DNA of 58,306 bases, filler included, from Porpidia crustulata (Eukaryota): the NCBI GenBank assembly GCA_964255105.1. It is 7 parts of 7 records of this genome, joined end to end, with 100 filler letters (N's around TTAATTAATTAA, not from the genome) between each part and the next. Parts side by side here need not be neighbours in the genome. Positions count along the whole stretch, not along the records: positions 50,100 to 58,306 come from CAXUWE010001150.1; 6 more parts are not named here. One strand, 5' to 3'. Below are positions 50,916 to 58,306 of the stretch, in pieces (the first letter of the stretch is position 1; the number at the start of each line of letters is the position of its first letter). A program made the position numbers and the translations under genes. The notes below the pieces were generated by a model. That model saw nothing but the letters and a program-made list of their open reading frames with translations. It ran no database searches and was not told the origin of the DNA.

Positions 50916-51880
50916 ATGTCAAGACCGGGCTACCAGCGGGCGTCATCCACAAACCTCAAGGGAAATACCATGGTTCGGCCTTTGGAAGGAAAATTGGCCA
51001 TCATAACAGGCGGCTCTAGAGGTGTGATTGGAACTTACCATCAAGCCAGAACACGTAATTGATATCAAGATGTTCATCAGGTATCGGCGCCGCCATCGCG
51101 GAAAAGCTTGGCTCTCAAGGCGCCTCGCTCGTTATAAATTACACCTCGGATTCCTCCACGAAGCCCACGGAAGAGCAAGCGGACGCCCTCAAATCCAAAC
51201 ATGGCATCAACGCGATCCCAGTTCAAGCTGACATGGCACATCCTACCGGAGCTGCTTACCTGATTGACACCGCAAAGAATCACTTCTCTCACCCGCGAAC
51301 AGGAAAATTCCAGATCGACATCATTGTTAACAATGCCGCTATAGCCGAAAATGTACCGCTGCAAGACGTCACGGCCGAGGGCTTTCAAAAGATGTATGCC
51401 GTTAACGTCTTGGGGCCAATACTGCTCATGCAAGCGGCACTTCCCTATCTGCCTAATGACCGCTCGGGGCGTGTCGTCAACGTCTCTTCCGTATCGGCAT
51501 CGATGGGTTTCAAAAATCAGACTCTCTACGGCGGAACGAAAGCGGCCCTGGACGCCATGACGCGGACCTGGAGCAGAGAATTAGCGGAACGAGCGACGGT
51601 CAATTCCGTCAATCCCGGTCCAGTGGCGACAGACATGTACGACGCCACGGGTGAAGACTTTCAAGCGCAAATGAAGCCGTTCATGCAGAACGCGCCTCTG
51701 CAGGCAATTCGAGAAGGCATAGACGAGGAGAAATTCGTCAAGGACGCGGAGAGAGCAGGAGGCAGACCAGCATATGCGAGTGAAGTTGCGGGTGTGGTAG
51801 CCATGCTCTGTGGGGAGGACTCTGCATGGTGTACTGGGAGTGCGGTTTGCGCCAACGGCGGGTTCAAATTTAGCTACTAG
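50916..51880 (+). CDS. Classical short-chain dehydrogenase/reductase, 2 exons
   Basis: LEGKLAIITGGSRG|IG across intron about 51023-51080; DIIVNNAA, NVSS, catalytic YGGTK, NPGPVATDM. Confidence 0.93.
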
Positions 51881-53068
51881 GATTTGGTAGAAAGAATGAA
51901 GAAATGATAGTTGATGACTTCCTTGATGATAGCCTTGCACAAAACAAGAACAGGCAGCCTATTCTGTCAGCTTACGCGAAGAGTGGGTGAACAATTGAGG
52001 CAGTCATGATGGAACAAAGGTGGTCTCCCATTGAAATGGTGTTGAAGAGCATAGCTCGATCTAGGTCAGTCGAATACGGTTGATCGATACCAATACCAAT
52101 AGTTTGAGTCCCATTTGAGTGTAAGAGAGCAACACAACAATGGCGCATTGATAGATCGACAGAGTGATAAAACGAGAAGCCACTCGGTCCATCTCAAGAG
52201 GTTGCAATCAATCTCTTGTAGACATGACATAGTTTTGCTTTTCTACGGCGAGACGATAGACTGCCTCTTGTTCCGCTCAGTCTTGACGACCCTCGTCTCT
52301 TGCCGTCTGAGAAGCCACCAGGCTCTAGAACTTTACTAGTCCAGGCGTGAGTATTCTTTGTTCCATTTGATTGGATCCTGAGAGTCTTCTCATTTGACAG
52401 ATGCCAGGCCTGGGATGATCATGTCACCTGTCAACCGCCGGTTCACCAAGGAACAAGGCGTAGGCGTGCGAGCTATGTATCTGGCCCCGAGCTGTCAGTG
52501 TTGTGGAATATCTGGGTAGTGTTGCACGATTGGACGATCGGTGCTTCGGTATGACGGTACCTTGGTACTTGTGCATAGAAACCCCTTGTGAATATCACGC
52601 TAGTACATGCAGGGCTAGATAGTTGACGCTAACCCCCGCATTATACGTTGGGATTGGCGTGGGACAGTTGGAGTTAATCCAGCTCCCTCGTTATTGTTAC
52701 TCCAGGCTGATGGTCGCGTGATGCGGGACCAAAAGTCCAGATATTTCCATTGAATAGCTCAGGTAGCTCAAGCAGATGGCTTCCTATAGTTCCTAAGCTC
52801 TCAAGCTTTCGAGCTTCTCAGAATTCAAAGCTTCGTAATCAGGAACCTTGTAGTTGACAGTCGTGGTGACAAAGCTGGTAAGGATCACTCCATACAATAA
52901 AATGCCTAGGGCTTTCTGTTTGTGTTTACTATTCGTCATCTTGGTCAAAGCTTCACCGTCCCGTTGTTTGACCTTACATTATAGCTACTACCATCAACCA
53001 TCATCTCAATTCAATCGATCCACGATTTCAACCCATTCAATTCAATACTTTCAGTAAAGACATTAGAT

Positions 53069-53730
53069 AGTGAGTAGAGATCCAAGCCACTTCTCTTTCG
53101 ATGACTTTCGAACGTTGCATCACCTGCCCGCAGTCGTCCGCATAGAAGGTAGCTCCACGGCTAACAACTGATCCTCGCAGTGACTCGCTCACATAAGCAG
53201 AATGATCGTGATCATGTCGCTATCGCCGAAGGACATATGACTGCTGAAGATAGACTTCCTAGGTAGGTCCAGGCTGACTCTTCCTGTGCCGTTGAAATTC
53301 CATTTCCTACAGTTGGTGACTTGTCTGAACAGGTACTTTGCTAAGAACGGCCATGTCGACGAAGACCCAAAGAAGGTGAAGAAGGAGGGTGGTGGTAAAG
53401 GCAATTGGTGAGCTTTACCCTTGACCTCCATACCCATGCCCAAAGCTGATAATTAGAGTGCACAGGGGTATGCCTGGCGATGAACAACATGACTTGGGCT
53501 ACAACTTCAACAACGCTCGTCGCCGCTCCAACAGCAGTTCTCATAGTCATGCTATCGGAGACTTCAAGACCAAGTTTGAAGCGGTCGAGACTGATCCGGT
53601 CTTTGAGGAAGAATACCACGGGCCCCAGAAGGTCGGCGAGGACGAGCAATTTAGTCTAGAGAAGGCAGATACTATGGATAGTAATAGTAGTGCAAGCATC
53701 GATGAGGAGGAACACGCCAAGAAAGTCTAG
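53069..53730 (+). CDS. Stf2/Tma10-like small hydrophilic protein (HABP4/PAI-RBP1-like), 140 aa, 4 exons, ATG split by intron 1
   Basis: A(53069) plus exons 53181-53262, 53333-53407 and 53466-53730 give MTRSHKQNDRDH...LPRYFAKNGHVDEDPKKVKKEGGGKGNWG..GDE...RRRSNSSSH. Confidence 0.85.
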
Positions 53731-54409
53731 ATGGCTTTCACGGGGGAGATACGCTTGATCAAGGCGCTGGTATCTGTGGCTTGGGCTAGCGTATCAATGT
53801 TCTTTGGTGTTGTGCACATGAAACGATGTCAGCTTGATAGGTACTGGCATCATACCTAGACATAATCCAAAAAAAAGGTCATTGTGGTTGAACGCATGAC
53901 ATATGAAAGTAGCACGCGTGCAAATGCAATCATAGAAGATGCAGGTCATGTTACTACTCATTATTCATGGAATAGAATGTCGCTTCCCTGCTTCGAGCTT
54001 GGACGTAAATGTTTGTATTTATGTTTTCACCTTGGTCCAGGTTGTATTTGTTTTACAAATATCTTTGTAACTGCTGTTAGTGGAGCACTAGAGTATCGAA
54101 TATCATCTCGCTATTTTCTCATGTACAGTGACTCATACAGAAGGCGCAGCGAGACAGGTCCAGGTAGAACTGGGATTGTTGGATGGAATATGATTGTTTT
54201 CAACGATGATAGATATCGGAGTGATCGACTTCTACTGGCGTGATGCTGCCCGAGCCAAAATATTTTAGGCGCGACTGCCTTGGCGCTAGCATCTTGAAGA
54301 TCGCCTTACAACATCAATAAATAATCCAATGCACACTCTCGAAGTACAACCTCGAGAACTACCCTGAGCTCGACCACTACCATAATTTAACAATGCGGAT
54401 ATCATAGTC

Positions 54410-57400
54410 ATGTTCTCCCCCGACGCCGCTGTCCATACCAGCGTCGCTTCACGTAATCCTCGAAGACGCCAGCGGACAGCCTCCGATGATTCCATTGCGC
54501 AAAAGCATAACCCGAAGCGGCTCAGACGATCAGTCCTCACTCAAGAAACATTCAAGCCGCCTCATAGCAAACAGGCCAATGGTTGTGCAGTCCACGTCAA
54601 TGATCCTCCAGCTACCAACGGCCACCCAGTGCATGCGAATGGCCAGCGGCATTCGAGTATTGACACTACAAGTTTAGCGCTTAGACATAAAGGCTCTAAA
54701 AGAATAGATAGGGAGAAGAGAGGTAATAAGACTGACGGAAGCGTTGAGCTGGTGTGTCTCTAACAAGTGGTACTCGAGCGTCGACAGTGCTGACGTTGGC
54801 CCTTCAGACCAAGAATGACAATTATATTGTCACGCAGCTTCCAACCACTCCAGAGCAGCTTCAAAATTACGAAAACACAGGTCAGTTTTAAAGCTCTACG
54901 CGATCCGAGTCGTGGCTGACCTAGCACAGAGAAATGGCGAGGAGAAATCGTCACTGGTCTCGGACATGCTGTTGCGATGACCCAGACTCAGGCATTGATC
55001 TGGCGTCATGTCCAGAGTACCAACGCTGCTGAATTCTCAAAGCCGTTGACCATCAGGTTGCCACACCCTTCAAGCAATTCTCGTCAACCCCTACCTTTTG
55101 GGATCCTTGTCCCTGCTTCGATAGAGCCCGCATTTCTCGTGGTGATGCCCACAACTGGGAAGATTACATATTGGGAAAGTCTTTCAAGTGCAGCCAGTAT
55201 CGATCTCAATCGGCAAAAACAACAGGGAATACAAGGAACACTGAATGGGATGCTGTCTGGCGAGGTCATTACCAAAGTGACAGAGGGAGAACCGCATGGC
55301 TTCGTTCTTACACTTAGCTCTGGTAGAATTGCGCATTTGACAGTCAGTGACCCTCAAGGGAAACCTTCCATTAGCATTGACTTTCTCCGCAATCATGGCG
55401 CCCACAGTGGTGGTCTCTTCGGCAGCCTGAGAAGTGCATTCAGCAGTGCAGGCTGGAGGCGAGACGTGGCGGCAGTCAGAGCGGGAGTTTCGTGGCAGAG
55501 AGGCCAAAGAAGCGTTGTTGTTGCAACTACCAAAGCGTCGTTTCAAGTATGGGACTTGAATTGGAACGGGGCACATACGCTGCTACATGAGATCGACGCT
55601 AAGCAAGATATGCTGAAAGCCATAATGGAAGGCGGTAGTATATTTCAAGACCAGAACGAGCATCTATTTGAAGTTTTGGACTTCACATTTGTATCAACCG
55701 GTGGGACGGGCAAAGAGATTGCTAAATCTAAGGAACAATGCGACTGTAATTTACTGGTCTTGACGGTCCTCACAGGTCAAGACTCATCAAGGTATAACTT
55801 ACTTGGCCTCAACATTACAAATGGCTCTATCGATATTGAAGTTGTCCACCCAATCTCCTGCTACACAACATCATTACCAGCGGAACCATACTTCAGACCC
55901 CGGGTCCTTGTTCCGGAGCCGAGCCACACGGCTTTTGTCATTTTCGAAAAAAGTATAGTGTTGGTCTCCCTCCTAGAAATTGAGGACTCTCCGAGTTCGC
56001 AGCTCCAGATGGAGGCACGTACGCTACCGGACCCATTTCAGGACACGATTGACTTTCGGAAGAAGAAAAGCTACCAAGTTGTAGGCTGTGCTCCTGAGGT
56101 GCAGTATCGAGACCCCGGCCGTTCGTCTTGTGTTGTGGCAGTGCACGGTTTTGGACTGATAAGGGTCACTGCATTACCCATGGAGCGAGGCCAATCTGCG
56201 TTAGATAGGACCAGAGTCACTGCAAAAACCAAGCTTGAACAGGCGGTATTCTTTGGAAGTCTACAGCAAGATCTACTAGATTTTTCCGGCCGCCCGGAGA
56301 TCAGTTTTGCTTCGGAAGAGGTAGAAGCTGCCGCGCTCGAAGTCAGCGATTCTATTATGCGTTCCACCTTAGCATATATCCCTACTACAGCTCCATCAGT
56401 AGAGCATCAACTCCAGCAGAGAGCCACCGCATTGGCGGATTTGATCAAACATCTGAGATTACATCACCGGCCACTAAACCGCTTGACCCGATGGACAATG
56501 CTATGGAACGCAGAGAAGATGGCATCTGCTAGAGCGGTCTGGCGTTCGTATAACAGTGCCGTAAAGACCATGCGTGAAAACACCCCAACACTCCTGGCCG
56601 AGATTCTGGATTATTTGCATGAGAATTACAAGACGGACAATAAGCCTGAGGAGTTCGAGACGGACCATGTTCGACATTGGTTCACTCACGATATCTGGCG
56701 GCTAGAGTACATGATACCCTGGACTCAGGAAATCATCGAACATCTTATAGAGGAGAGCAAGGAATGCAACAAAGCCTATGATAATGCTGCCCGCACACAT
56801 TCAATGCTTCAAGCTGTCGATATCCAACTTGCCTCTCTTGAGACGGCATATCAGTTTCGTGAAGCAAACGCTGGCTTGTATGGACTGGAGAAAGAGTCTA
56901 TGGTTGACGGTGTCCTAAAGGACGGTTATGAAGACTTGCCTGAATTCTGGACATCTGGACCGAACATTGTCAAACATGCCAAGCTACTGGCTGACGTCTC
57001 GAGAGAATTTGTAGTTCTTCATGAAAAGAGCGCAGACGAGATTGGTGAGCCATCTATGGAACTCATCACGATTCTAGCAGAGAAGAACCCACGACAGGTC
57101 CAGACATGCTGCCAGGTTTACCTTGAGAGAGCTCAATGGCTCAAATCAAGGACCAATCCACAAGTAAAGGCCGAAGGCGAAGCTTTGCATCACGAGTTTA
57201 TCACGGTCAGGAAGATTTTGTTTGCGAAACTTTCAGATCTTGGACTTGGTGAGGCTGGTATAGCATTAGCCGAAAAGTACCATGATATGGAAGCACTTAC
57301 CGAAATCATCGACAACGAAGCGACAGAGGCAACTAAAGCGGTAGTCCGCGATGGCGAGGACGCCAGTGCTACTCTTCGGATTCTTGAGGGACTTGTTGAT

Positions 57401-58306
57401 TCCTACTTCATCAAGTATGGCACTGCCTGGGCGACTGCCTATTTCACAAAACATGTCAGGCGCGGTGAAGTAGTAGACATACTTAATAACAGCGCAAGCC
57501 ACCAAAAGCACCTGACATTTTTCCTGCGGCAGCATCCCGAGTATTATCGATTGAGCTGGATCAACGAAGTCACTGCGGAGCAGAATTACTCAGCCGCGGC
57601 GGAAATGCTGCGAACGACAGATCTGCAAGAAGCGAATATCTGGAGCAAGAAGATTGAATTAAGCTTGGCAAAATTATCGACGATGGCCGCGCAATCGAAA
57701 AAGCAAATCATAGACGATAATGCCAGGACTACAATCCAGAAGATTGACAAGTCTATGGTGTTTATTACCGCCCAGCAATCTCTATATAGGTATATTCAGC
57801 CTTTGATTCGGGATGCGCTTGATACTACTGCAGCGGTCGAGAATGTCATGGAACGGTGCAGCAAGCTTGAAACCAAGCCAACACTTGAAGATGCCATGAG
57901 GCATTATATATCTGCCGTTGTAACTCGGGAAGCTCTTGATGTAGAGGACCTTATCGACACCCTAACGTTTATAGACGGTGAAAAGGCCAACCCGAAAGTT
58001 GACTCTGCTTTCCTGGACATGAGATTCTTCTTGGCTCTCAAACTCCTGCGTCTAAGTACAACCGAAGGAGAACGAAGGCAGCTGCACGAGAGGATCATTT
58101 GGACACGGTGCATGATCCAGGACGACTGGGAATCAATCAACCGCACCGAGCTAAAGGACGACACGCAAGTTGAGGTGGAAACCGGAGCAACAGCACTCTT
58201 CAAAACGTTGCAAGAGGGCTACAGAACCGGTAAGCTCGCAAAGACTGTCCCCGACCCTTCACGGAATTCAATTACTAACACATCACCCAAGGCTTCTTCG
58301 ACAAAC
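54410..58306 (+). CDS. NUP133: Nucleoporin Nup133, runs off the window end
   Basis: N-terminal RRRQR, ALIWR, LPFGILV, VVMPTTGKITYWE, LSWIN and WSKKIELSLAKL. Introns 54752-54807, 54881-54929 and about 58230-58291. The long exon has no stop before the window end, so the ORF track misses it. Confidence 0.9.

Noticed and set aside
1..58306. tRNA, rRNA, CRISPR arrays, intact transposase or reverse transcriptase genes, secondary-metabolite cluster
   Set aside because: None recognised by eye; tRNAscan-SE, Rfam and RepeatMasker would be needed to exclude them formally.

Overview
Eukaryotic DNA from a filamentous ascomycete (Pezizomycotina; lichen-forming Lecanoromycetes is a guess, not verified), with short GT-AG introns. 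The window is not one contiguous locus. It holds seven contigs joined by identical 100-nt N44-TTAATTAATTAA-N44 spacers, and the complete contigs fall steadily in length (8262, 8245, 8243, 8238, 8235 nt), so this is a size-sorted pseudo-molecule. About 20 protein genes are recognisable: SERF-like, SOK1/TCP11, S10 carboxypeptidase, HET-domain protein, small kinase, CipA/NmrA-like, CUS2/Tat-SF1, a single-pass sensor-like protein, AA12-like dehydrogenase, F-box protein, uapC, OLE1, DCD1, ATG7, MRM2, MRP4, COG3, cmkB, SDR, STF2-like and NUP133. Most notable: (1) an otherwise intact 930-codon HET gene with C-terminal TM helices, broken by one in-frame TAG; (2) telomere-like (TAACCC)2 motifs recurring in promoter positions; (3) C-rich to G-rich strand-skew switches that coincide with contig breaks; (4) a ~280-bp MITE-like inverted-repeat element; (5) a start codon split by an intron. 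All calls come from manual reading; no searches were run.
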